A DNA stretch of 64,000 bases from Oscillospiraceae bacterium (GTDB taxonomy: Bacteria; Bacillota; Clostridia; Oscillospirales; UBA929): the NCBI GenBank assembly GCA_031556185.1, contig JAVBTN010000005.1, positions 103,888 to 167,887 on the forward strand, given 5' to 3'. Positions 1 to 7,929 of this stretch are shown one piece after another; within the stretch, counting starts at the first letter, position 1, and each line of letters opens with the position of its first letter. Both the position numbers and the translations under genes were made by a program. The notes below the pieces were generated by a model. The model worked only from the letters and a program-made list of their open reading frames with translations, made no database searches and was not told the origin of the DNA.

Positions 1-25
1 CCATGCAGGACCATTGTAAAAAACA

Positions 26-54
26 TTGAAAAAACAACGCCTGCATGATACAAT
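26..54 (+). promoter_or_regulatory. sigma-A-type promoter upstream of prfA (TTGAAA-N17-TACAAT)
   Basis: TTGAAA at 26-31 and TACAAT at 49-54 with a 17-nt spacer and a TG just 5' of the -10. It lies upstream of the AGAGGA RBS at 75-80. Confidence 0.5.
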
Positions 55-86
55 GCAGGAAAAACGAAACCGACAGAGGATGCAAT

Positions 87-1163
87 ATGCTGGAGAAATT
101 GAAACTAATCAGTCAGCGATACAGTGAGATCGAAACCATGTTGGCCGAGCCCGATGCCTATACCGACCCGCAGCGCATGGCCAGGCTGCTCAAGGAGCAA
201 AAGGATCTGACGGCCGTTGTCGAAGCATATCGTGTTTTTGAGGCCTGCGAAACATGCATCAAAGACGCGCGGGACATGTTGGAGGAAACATCCGATCCGG
301 AGCTTCGTGCGCTGGCGCAGGAAGAGTTGGACAACGCCATCGGCGAGAAAGGCGGACTGCTCGACAACCTGCGCCTGTTGTTGTTGCCCAAAGATGAGGA
401 CGACGACAGAAGCGTCATCATGGAAATCCGCGGCGGCGCGGGTGGCGAGGAGGCGGCGCTGTTTGCCGCTTCTTTGTTGCGCATGTATACCATGTACGGC
501 GAACAACGCCGGTGGAAATGTGAAATTCTCAACATCAATGAGACAGAGCTCGGCGGCGTCAAAGAGGTCAGCTTCTCCATTGAGGGCGTGGGCGCCTATG
601 CGCGGCTGAAATTTGAAAGCGGCGTGCATCGGGTGCAGCGCGTGCCTGACACGGAGGCATCCGGGCGTATCCACACGTCTACGGTGACAGTGGCGGTTCT
701 GCCTGAAGCCGAAGAGGTCGATATTGAGATCAACCCGGCCGACCTGTCGGTGGACACGTTCCGCTCCGGCGGCGCAGGTGGACAGCACGTCAACAAAACG
801 GAGAGCGCCATCCGCATTACGCATATCCCCAGCGGCGTGGTCGTGGAATGCCAGGACGAGCGCAGCCAGCACAAAAACCGCGACCGCGCCATGAAAATTT
901 TACGATCCAAACTGCTCGAAGCTAAACGGGCGGAGCAGGACGCCGCCATTGCCTCCGACAGAAAGAGCCAGGTGGGCACCGGCGACCGCTCCGAGCGCAT
1001 CCGCACATACAATTTCCCGCAGGGCCGGGTGACCGATCACCGCATCGGGCTGACCCTCTATAAGATTGACGCCATCATGTCGGGCGCGCTTGACGAAGTG
1101 ATTGACGCGCTGGTGACGGCGGATCAGGCGGAGAAATTGCGCGCGCAAGGTGAGACCGAATGA
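87..1163 (+). CDS. prfA: peptide chain release factor 1
   Basis: GGQ motif ([15 protein letters not shown]) and RF-1-type sequence throughout. Start moved from 45 to ATG 87, which follows RBS AGAGGA and gives the typical MLEKL N-terminus. Confidence 0.95.
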   Translation: MLEKLKLISQRYSEIETMLAEPDAYTDPQRMARLLKEQKDLTAVVEAYRVFEACETCIKDARDMLEETSDPELRALAQEELDNAIGEKGGLLDNLRLLLLPKDEDDDRSVIMEIRGGAGGEEAALFAASLLRMYTMYGEQRRWKCEILNINETELGGVKEVSFSIEGVGAYARLKFESGVHRVQRVPDTEASGRIHTSTVTVAVLPEAEEVDIEINPADLSVDTFRSGGAGGQHVNKTESAIRITHIPSGVVVECQDERSQHKNRDRAMKILRSKLLEAKRAEQDAAIASDRKSQVGTGDRSERIRTYNFPQGRVTDHRIGLTLYKIDAIMSGALDEVIDALVTADQAEKLRAQGETE

Positions 1164-2188
1164 TTGTGACGCAGCGGCTGTCAGCCTTCCAACCGGACGA
1201 CATAGCGGTGGCAGGCGCAATACTGCGCCGTGGTGGCGTGGTGGCCATTCCCACGGAGACGGTCTATGGATTGGCGACGGCGGCCGACAATGCGGTGGCG
1301 GTCGAACGAATATTTGCCGCCAAGGGGCGTCCGTCGGACAATCCGCTCATTGTGCACATCGCCGACATACAGGCGCTGGAGACGCTGTGTCGTGATGTTC
1401 CCGACGAGGCGTTTCTGCTCGCAAGCCGCTTTTGGCCGGGGCCTCTGACGCTGGTACTGCCCAAAAAGGATACGGTACCCGATGTTGTTACAGCCGGACT
1501 GCCCACTGTGGCGGTGCGGCTGCCTGCGTCCCCGGAGGCCAGAGCTGTCATAACAGCGGCCGGGGTGCCGCTGGCGGCGCCGTCGGCCAACCGGGCGGGT
1601 CGGCCCAGTCCCACCTGCGCCGACCATGTGTGGGCGGATATGAACGGGCGTATCGACGCGGTGCTCGACGGCGGCGCCTGTTGCCTAGGTGTGGAGTCCA
1701 CGGTGTTGGATTTGACGAGCCAAATACCCAGACTGCTGCGGCCCGGCGGCGTCACCCATGAGGAGTTGGAGGCGGCGTTGGGCGTGGTGGTGGCGGTGGA
1801 TCCGGCGGTGTTGGGACTGCTGCCGCCGGGAGAAAAGCCGCGCGCGCCCGGGATGAAGTACCGGCATTACGCCCCGGAAGCCCCTGTGGTTATTCTGAGC
1901 GGCGACGCCAAAGCCGCCGCTGCCTATGTACAGAAAAACAACGCGAAGGGAACGGCGGTTCTGTGCGCCGAAGAGGAAAAAAGCATTTTTCCCGATGTGC
2001 TGGTGGTGTGTTACGGGCGCGAGAGCGAACCCAAAAGCCTCGCGAGAGGACTTTTCGACGCACTGCGCCAACTGGACGATCCGGAGATACAGATCATTTA
2101 CGCGCGCAGGCCGGCGGCCGGCGGGCTGATGGACGCGGTGCGCAACCGGCTGGGCAAGGCGGCGTCCTTTCAGATTCTTGACGTCTGA
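1160..2188 (+). CDS. L-threonylcarbamoyladenylate synthase (Sua5/YwlC-type TsaC)
   Basis: YrdC-like core (VYGLA..., [24 protein letters not shown]) plus a C-terminal Sua5 extension. The ATGA overlap with the prfA stop suggests translational coupling. Confidence 0.9.
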   Translation: MIVTQRLSAFQPDDIAVAGAILRRGGVVAIPTETVYGLATAADNAVAVERIFAAKGRPSDNPLIVHIADIQALETLCRDVPDEAFLLASRFWPGPLTLVLPKKDTVPDVVTAGLPTVAVRLPASPEARAVITAAGVPLAAPSANRAGRPSPTCADHVWADMNGRIDAVLDGGACCLGVESTVLDLTSQIPRLLRPGGVTHEELEAALGVVVAVDPAVLGLLPPGEKPRAPGMKYRHYAPEAPVVILSGDAKAAAAYVQKNNAKGTAVLCAEEEKSIFPDVLVVCYGRESEPKSLARGLFDALRQLDDPEIQIIYARRPAAGGLMDAVRNRLGKAASFQILDV

Positions 2189-2319
2189 CACACGAAACGG
2201 GTGTGTATACGGAGATAAAGAAAGAGAGCGGTTGCTTCGGACGGCCATTGATGGGAACAGGGGCCGGAAGCAGCTGTACGGGAGAAGCGCCGAAAGCATG
2301 GACGGAAAGGGAAGAGAGC

Positions 2320-2919
2320 ATGACAATCATCGGCCTCACCGGGGGCTCCGGTGTGGGAAAATCCACCGTTCTGACGACTTGGGCGCAATGCGGCGCGTTG
2401 ACCATCGACGCCGACGAGGTGTACCACAGGTTGCTGCGCGAGGACGCCGCGCTGCTGGATGCGCTGAGCGGGGTATTTCCCGGCGCGTTTATATCGGGGG
2501 CGTTGGATCGCAAGTTGCTCGGAGGCATCGTGTTTGCCGACGAAAAAAAACGCCGGCAGCTCGAGGATATCACCCACACGGCCGTCATCCGGGCCATTGA
2601 AGAGCAGATCGAGGAGGCCCGGAACGCGGGCCGGGCCGTTGTGGCCATCGATGCGCTATACCTTGCTGACGGACCGCTGAGAGATCGGTGCGACGCCCTG
2701 GTGGGCGTGACAGCGCCTTGCAGCGTGCGCGTAGCGCGCATTGTCCAAAGAGACGGCGTACTGGAGGCCTATGCACAGGCACGGATAGACGCGCAGCGCG
2801 ACGATGCGTATTTTGCGGCGCGATGCGACTACATCATTGAAAATAACGGCGGCTTGGAACAGCTGACAAACCGGGCGGCCGAGGTATATAATACCATTGT
2901 TGTTTCCTCGCGTAAGTAG
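2320..2919 (+). CDS. coaE: dephospho-CoA kinase
   Basis: N-terminal P-loop MTIIGLTGGSGVGKST. Start trimmed to ATG 2320, preceded by a GGAAAGGGAAGAGAG purine-rich RBS. Confidence 0.9.
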   Translation: MTIIGLTGGSGVGKSTVLTTWAQCGALTIDADEVYHRLLREDAALLDALSGVFPGAFISGALDRKLLGGIVFADEKKRRQLEDITHTAVIRAIEEQIEEARNAGRAVVAIDALYLADGPLRDRCDALVGVTAPCSVRVARIVQRDGVLEAYAQARIDAQRDDAYFAARCDYIIENNGGLEQLTNRAAEVYNTIVVSSRK

Positions 2920-2946
2920 ACAGAATAATAGAATGAGGAGGACATT

Positions 2947-3627
2947 ATGCAGTACAGAATTGAAGGGGAGCCGCTGCCGGTCGTTATCTGCAATTTGGCG
3001 CAGGGAGAGGTCATGATCACAGAGCGGGGGGGTATGAGTTGGATGTCTCCCAACATGAAGATGGAGACCAACATGGAAGGCGGCATTGGAAAGGCGTTTG
3101 GACGTGTGTTTTCCGGTGAGTCCATCTTTATGAACCGATACTCCTGCGCCAGCGGCGAGGGTATGGTTGCGTTCGCATCCAGCCTGCCCGGAAAAATTCT
3201 GGTGTTCAACATCAGCGCCAACAACACCATTGTCACGCAGAAATCGGCGTTTTTGGCGTCCGAGGCGTCTGTCGAGCTGAGTGTCCACTTCAACAAAAAA
3301 GTCGGAGCCGGTTTCTTTGGCGGCGAAGGGTTTGTAATGCAAAAGCTTTCGGGACACGGAACTGCTTTCATTGAGATCGACGGCTATTGCCTGGAGTACC
3401 AATTGTCAGCCGGGCAGAGCTTGGTGGTCGGTACCGGCCATTTGGCAGCGATGGAGGCCTCGGTTTCCATTGACGTTCAGATGGTTAAAGGGGTCAAAAA
3501 CATGCTGTTTGGCGGCGAAGGGCTCTTCAACACCGTGCTCACAGGACCCGGACGCATTTGGCTGCAGACGATGCCGGTGGTCAACCTGGCCGCGGCCATC
3601 GGCCCATTAGGTTCTTCGTCCAAGTAG
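2947..3627 (+). CDS. AIM24/TIGR00266-family protein (function unknown)
   Basis: Characteristic family strings: GGMSWMSPNMKMET, GKAFGRVFSGESIF, GGEGFVMQKLSGHGTAFIEIDG, NMLFGGEGLFNTVLTGPGRIWLQTMP. RBS is GAGGAGG. Confidence 0.8.
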   Translation: MQYRIEGEPLPVVICNLAQGEVMITERGGMSWMSPNMKMETNMEGGIGKAFGRVFSGESIFMNRYSCASGEGMVAFASSLPGKILVFNISANNTIVTQKSAFLASEASVELSVHFNKKVGAGFFGGEGFVMQKLSGHGTAFIEIDGYCLEYQLSAGQSLVVGTGHLAAMEASVSIDVQMVKGVKNMLFGGEGLFNTVLTGPGRIWLQTMPVVNLAAAIGPLGSSSK

Positions 3628-3673
3628 GACGGCGCGCGTTTTCCATACAAAAGAGCAAGGAGGGCACTGGCAT

Positions 3674-5071
3674 ATGACCGAGAAAAATACAAGCCCGCGC
3701 CGCGAGGCGCTGCTGCATAATCCCAAAACTGGCTTTGACACGTTGAAGCAGGGCGAATGGGACAGAGCGATGGCCTTCGGGGCCGATTACAGGCAATTTC
3801 TGAATACCGCCAAAACCGAGCGGGAGGCCTGCGCCGAAGCGGTCAGGCAGGCGGAAGAAAACGGCTTTGTCGCGTATAAACGGGGAACCCCCCTCAAGGC
3901 GGGTGACAAAGTGTATCGAATTAACCGCAACAAAGCCGTGACCCTGGCCGTCATCGGCAAACAGCCGCTCACGGAGGGTATCCGCCTGGTGGCCGCCCAT
4001 ATCGACGCGCCGAGACTGGATCTGAAACCCATGCCGCTGTACGAAGAGGGGGAAATGGCCCTGCTCAAGACGCACTATTACGGCGGCATCAAAAAATACC
4101 AGTGGATGGCGCTGCCGCTGGCGCTGCACGGTGTGGTCGCCAAGATAGACGGCACCGTGATACAGGTAACTTTTGGAGACGCGCCGGAGGATCCGGTGCT
4201 CACCATCACCGATTTACTGCCTCATTTGGCTGATGATCAGATGAAAAAGAACGTCAGAGAGGCTTTCCCCGGGGAGGGACTCAACGTCCTGGTGGGGCAC
4301 AAGCCCGACGAGGAAGAGGGCGCCGAACGGGTGAAACTGGCCGTCATGGAGCTGCTGCAGCAGAAATATAACATGACCGAGGCAGACTTCCAGTCTGCTG
4401 AACTGCATCTGGTGCCGGCGCACCCTGCGCGTGACGTGGGGCTCGACGCCTCCATGATTGGCGGCTATGGACATGACGACCGTGTGTGCGGCTTTACGGC
4501 GCTGCGTGGGCTCCTGGATCTGGATCGCGTACCCGACCACACGGCGGTGTGTATGTTGGCCGACAAAGAGGAAATTGGCTCCGAGGGCGTCACGGGTATG
4601 CGAAGCGCCGCCTTTGACACCTTTATATCCGACCTGTGCCAAGCGCAGGGCGTGGAGCTGAAAGCCTGCTTTGAAAGCTCGCTTTGCCTGTCGGCCGATG
4701 TGTGCAACGCCTTTGACCCCAACTTCCCCGACGTGTCCGACAAGCGCAACAACGCGCGCATGGGCTATGGCGTCGGTCTCATGAAGTACACCGGCGTGCG
4801 CGGAAAAAGCGGGAGCTCTGACGCCCCAGCGGAGACGGTGGCGCGTGTGCGCGGCCTGCTTGAGGCGTCGGGCGTGCGGTATCAGTTTGGAGAACTGGGC
4901 AAGGTAGATCAGGGCGGCGGCGGCACGGTGGCGGTGTATATGGCGCAGCGCAACATTGACGTCATTGACGCCGGGGTGCCCGTGCTGTCCATGCATTCGC
5001 CGTTTGAAATTGTCTCAAAACTCGACACATATATGACATACTTGGCCTGCATGGCTGTTTACAAAGAGTGA
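3674..5071 (+). CDS. M18-family aminopeptidase
   Basis: 465 aa with AAHIDAPRLDLKP, HYYGGIKKYQW, GYGHDDRVCG, DKEEIGSEG and SMHSPFE, the metal-ligand and active-site pattern of Clostridial aminopeptidase 1. Confidence 0.85.
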   Translation: MTEKNTSPRREALLHNPKTGFDTLKQGEWDRAMAFGADYRQFLNTAKTEREACAEAVRQAEENGFVAYKRGTPLKAGDKVYRINRNKAVTLAVIGKQPLTEGIRLVAAHIDAPRLDLKPMPLYEEGEMALLKTHYYGGIKKYQWMALPLALHGVVAKIDGTVIQVTFGDAPEDPVLTITDLLPHLADDQMKKNVREAFPGEGLNVLVGHKPDEEEGAERVKLAVMELLQQKYNMTEADFQSAELHLVPAHPARDVGLDASMIGGYGHDDRVCGFTALRGLLDLDRVPDHTAVCMLADKEEIGSEGVTGMRSAAFDTFISDLCQAQGVELKACFESSLCLSADVCNAFDPNFPDVSDKRNNARMGYGVGLMKYTGVRGKSGSSDAPAETVARVRGLLEASGVRYQFGELGKVDQGGGGTVAVYMAQRNIDVIDAGVPVLSMHSPFEIVSKLDTYMTYLACMAVYKE

Positions 5072-5083
5072 CAGCCATTTTCA

Positions 5084-5117
5084 GACGCATCGGGGTCCAC
5101 CCGATGCGTCTTTTTTT
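5084..5117 (+). terminator. intrinsic terminator after the aminopeptidase gene
   Basis: Perfect 10-bp stem GACGCATCGG/CCGATGCGTC with a 7-nt loop, followed by T7. Confidence 0.85.
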
Positions 5118-5156
5118 GTGAGAGCGATCAATGGAAACAATTAGCAGACGCAGGGG

Positions 5157-5186
5157 TCATATTTTCCTCCAGCTTCCACATACTAG
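5157..5186 (+). promoter_or_regulatory. candidate mother-cell (sigma-E/K-like) sporulation promoter for the cotF-like pair
   Basis: TCATATT (5157-5163), a 15-nt spacer, then CATACTAG (5179-5186). This resembles the B. subtilis sigma-E consensus (ZHATAXX-N14-CATACAHT) recalled from the literature, with a spacer 1 nt longer. Confidence 0.35.
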
Positions 5187-5224
5187 GAGAGCGCCGACAC
5201 AACAAACAAAAGGAGTGAAGCCAT

Positions 5225-5410
5225 ATGGCCAACTTGACCACCAAAGAGCTCACTGCCCTCGAAGAGCAACTGGGCAGCGAACAGGTTCTTATCAAAAAGT
5301 ACCGCACCATGGCCAACCAGTGCACCGACGCCGGCATTAAGTCACATCTTGAGACCATTGCGGGCCGCCACCAGCAGCACTACGACACATTGGTCAACCA
5401 TTTGAAGTAG
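5225..5410 (+). CDS. small Coat-F-domain spore coat protein
   Basis: 61 aa (LTTKELTALEEQLGSEQVLIKKY...) with a Coat F-like helical motif, a strong RBS AAAAGGAG, and a second CotF-like gene adjacent. Confidence 0.6.
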   Translation: MANLTTKELTALEEQLGSEQVLIKKYRTMANQCTDAGIKSHLETIAGRHQQHYDTLVNHLK

Positions 5411-5423
5411 GAGGACGAACAGT

Positions 5424-5699
5424 ATGAACACAACCAATATGACAAGCGGGACACTGGGGGACAAAGAGTTCATCAATGATCTCATTTCCAGCCAGAAATT
5501 TGCGACGTCCAACTACAACACGTTTGCCGGCGAATGTGTATGCGAACAGTTGCGGACAGATTTCCTGAACATTTTAAAAGACGAGCACAGCATTCAGGCG
5601 GAGCTGTTCAACGAGGCCAATTCGCGCGGTTGGTATCCGGTTAAGCAGGCGCCTATCAACGAAGTGACACAAGTACGCCAGAAATTTATGGGGCAATAG
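5424..5699 (+). CDS. CotF-like spore coat protein
   Basis: 91 aa with DKEFINDLISSQKFATSNYNTFAGEC...LRTDFLNILKDEH, a typical Coat F domain pattern. RBS is TAGGAGGA. Confidence 0.7.
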   Translation: MNTTNMTSGTLGDKEFINDLISSQKFATSNYNTFAGECVCEQLRTDFLNILKDEHSIQAELFNEANSRGWYPVKQAPINEVTQVRQKFMGQ

Positions 5700-5720
5700 C
5701 GGTTACAAACACCGCCGCAT

Positions 5721-5778
5721 ACTAAACAAACAGAGCCTGCTTTCTCTGTGGCGAGAAGGCAGGCTCTGTTTGTTTAGT
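5721..5778. terminator. bidirectional terminator / 20-bp perfect inverted repeat between cotF-like and trmB
   Basis: ACTAAACAAACAGAGCCTGC (5721-5740) pairs perfectly with GCAGGCTCTGTTTGTTTAGT (5759-5778). It lies between convergent genes ending at 5699 (+) and 5782 (-). Confidence 0.7.
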
Positions 5779-5781
5779 ATG

Positions 5782-6423
5782 TTATTTCGTCCACTTGGCT
5801 TCGAGGCGGCAGATGGGGATGCCCTGCTCTGAAAACCGGGACTCATACTCAGTCATCAGGTCGGAACCGGGAAAGGCGGGGTCACGGTGCCAGTCTTCCG
5901 TGGAGAAGAGGATATCTGCGTCAACAGCCTCGAGTTCCTTCAGGGAAAAAGAAAACAGCGGCGCGTTGTCCGTTTTGAAAGCGAATGCCCCGTCCGGCGC
6001 CAACGCCCTCTTGTATTTGAGAAGAAAGTCCCTGTGTGTCAGGCGGCGGGCAGCCCTCTTTTGAGACGGCCATGGGTCACAAAAGTGAACAAAAATGCGG
6101 TTGGCTTCCCCGGGGGCAAAATAAGTGTCCAGAAAACCCGCGTCACCCCGGATAAAGCGTATATTGGAAAGTTCGCGCGCCCGCGCCTTTTCCATGGCCA
6201 TGAGCAAGGCTTCGGGCACACGCTCCAAGCCAATGCACAGCGTGTCGGGATGAGCCTCGGCCCACCCGGACAAAAACTGCCCCTTTCCGCAGCCGAGTTC
6301 TACGTGCAGACGCGCGGTGCCGGGGCACAGAGAGCGCCATTGGCCACGAAGCGCCGCCGGATCGTCTGCCAGCAGAGGCGCCACGCGAGACCAGCGAGCG
6401 TCAAAGTTCTTTTTTTTTCGCAT
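5782..6423 (-). CDS. trmB: tRNA (guanine46-N7)-methyltransferase
   Basis: SAM-binding VELGCGKGQF and the family-typical N-terminus MRKKKNF...W. Start trimmed to ATG 6423, immediately after the upstream gene's stop at 6426-6428. Confidence 0.9.
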   Translation of the reverse strand: MRKKKNFDARWSRVAPLLADDPAALRGQWRSLCPGTARLHVELGCGKGQFLSGWAEAHPDTLCIGLERVPEALLMAMEKARARELSNIRFIRGDAGFLDTYFAPGEANRIFVHFCDPWPSQKRAARRLTHRDFLLKYKRALAPDGAFAFKTDNAPLFSFSLKELEAVDADILFSTEDWHRDPAFPGSDLMTEYESRFSEQGIPICRLEAKWTK

Positions 6424-6425
6424 TC

Positions 6426-7289
6426 TCACCCGGATGCAGACCCCATTCCCCAGTCTTGGTATTGTGACCAGTATTCTTCCAGACACCAGTCATTTGTATG
6501 CAACACCTGCGCGACGTCCGTGCCGACATAACGCAGATGCCAGGGTTCATACACAATGCCGGTGTACTGTGACTTTGACGCCGGATAGCGGATAACAAAG
6601 CCAAACAGATAGGCATTTTCCGCCAACCACTGACCCTCAGGCGTATCACCAAACGACGCCTCCAGGCTGCCGTCGTTTGAGATGTCAATGCTGAGACCCA
6701 GCTGATGTTCGCTCACACCCGCCCGCGCCACTTCGCGAGCGGCCTGCGCCTCCGCGTCGGCCTCGCTTTCCATTTGGGATTCAAGGCGCGTCGTCTTGCG
6801 CTCGTGCAACTTCTCCTGCGCACTGTAGGTGCGGAAAGCGCTGACAATCACCCACTGGTTGACGCCGCCGGCCCGGGCAAAGTCCAACATGTCAGACAGT
6901 GCTGAGGCGGTCTCCGGTGTGGCTTTGAGATATGTACCTTGAATGGTGACCAGCTCTTCGGGTGTCCAGTTTTCATCGAGGGGATGTTCCGCGTTGACAA
7001 GAATTGGCGGTGGAGGATAGGGCCATGGCGACTGTTCAGCGCCCTCCATGGACAGCGCGGCCACATCGTCGGGCTCGTCTTCCTGCGCCGGCGGGAGGGT
7101 TGCCGCGGACGGCAGCGCCATGTCGGCGGCTTCGTCGGGCGTCACCGGCGGCGCGGTAGAGGCGGTTGTAGCCGACGAGGGGCGCAACCAAGCCGCTAAA
7201 GCAGCGTTAGTCTGGGTAAAATATATCAGCATGGACGCGGCAAACAGCAGCGTCAGCAACACATACATTGCATATACCTTGCGCATCAT
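6426..7289 (-). CDS. M15-family D-alanyl-D-alanine carboxypeptidase (VanY-like), membrane anchored
   Basis: SEHQLGLSIDI and EPWHLRYVG zinc-peptidase motifs. An N-terminal anchor (MMRKVYAMYVLLTLLFAASMLIYF) is followed by a Pro/Ala-rich linker. The start at 7289 is my choice and is uncertain. Confidence 0.8.
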   Translation of the reverse strand: MMRKVYAMYVLLTLLFAASMLIYFTQTNAALAAWLRPSSATTASTAPPVTPDEAADMALPSAATLPPAQEDEPDDVAALSMEGAEQSPWPYPPPPILVNAEHPLDENWTPEELVTIQGTYLKATPETASALSDMLDFARAGGVNQWVIVSAFRTYSAQEKLHERKTTRLESQMESEADAEAQAAREVARAGVSEHQLGLSIDISNDGSLEASFGDTPEGQWLAENAYLFGFVIRYPASKSQYTGIVYEPWHLRYVGTDVAQVLHTNDWCLEEYWSQYQDWGMGSASG

Positions 7290-7532
7290 GGCACGTTTTG
7301 GCGCCCCCTTTATATCTTTCTCGACACAGTATATCAAAAAGAAAATGGCTTCGCAATGTGCAGACTGACCAAAAAGTGCAGAATTATACATATACATGAA
7401 AAGCAAACAGGCGGACGCCACTTCAAACCCCAACGCCCGCATACCGACATTTGCCACGTATGCTTTTCGGGCACGGCGGTAAAATGAAAAGACAGCACAG
7501 ACAAAAAGGATGAAAAGTTGAGGTGAGATTTG

Positions 7533-7712
7533 ATGGCAAAAGCAGGCATGAGGCGACCTGATCCGTCAGAACCGCACGGTACGGAGAGCAACAAACGTCA
7601 AAAAATGCAAAAAAACACACAGCCGCCGCCTGTGGTCTTGCAGGGACATAAAAAAAGCGCGGGGGAAAGCGCGGGGCCACTGCACGAAACACACAGGCAG
7701 ATCGGCACGTGA
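7533..7712 (+). CDS. candidate small hydrophilic protein (59 aa), function unknown
   Basis: GAGGTGA RBS sits 6 nt upstream of ATG 7533, and the stop at 7710-7712 lies 6 nt before a perfect 21-bp-stem hairpin. The product, MAKAGMRRPDPSEPHGTESNKRQKMQKNTQPPPVVLQGHKKSAGESAGPLHETHRQIGT, is basic and has no hydrophobic core. I recognise no family. Confidence 0.3.
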   Translation: MAKAGMRRPDPSEPHGTESNKRQKMQKNTQPPPVVLQGHKKSAGESAGPLHETHRQIGT

Positions 7713-7718
7713 GCCACG

Positions 7719-7763
7719 ACAAGACTGCAAAGGGGCGGCAGCGCCGCCCCTTTGCAGTCTTGT
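7719..7763. terminator. perfect 21-bp-stem / 3-nt-loop hairpin (non-canonical terminator or RNA-stability element)
   Basis: ACAAGACTGCAAAGGGGCGGC-AGC-GCCGCCCCTTTGCAGTCTTGT. There is no T-run on either side. Confidence 0.5.
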
Positions 7764-7845
7764 CCATTGCAAACACCGCCAACGCGAAAAGAAGGGCCGC
7801 TCGATGGGGCTTGCCGGCTGATAAATTTCAACTGCGAGATACGCC

Positions 7846-7873
7846 TAAAGCAATGTCCGTTGTTTTACGATAA
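7846..7873 (+). promoter_or_regulatory. sigma-D/FliA (sigma-28)-type promoter for fliD-fliS operon
   Basis: TAAA (7846-7849), N16, then TACGATAA (7866-7873), compared with the TAAA-N15-GCCGATAA consensus. It lies about 55 nt upstream of the fliD start. Confidence 0.6.
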
Positions 7874-7929
7874 AGTATCTGTAAGGATGTAAGGAATGCG
7901 ACGTTTTTTGCATAGGAGGATAGACGGAT

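Noticed and set aside
7719-7763. Perfect 45-nt palindrome as a mobile-element end, att site or REP element
   Set aside because: Only one copy occurs in this 64-kb window, and there is no flanking direct repeat, transposase or integrase. A transcript-end or stabiliser hairpin is the simpler reading. The whole-genome copy number is untested.
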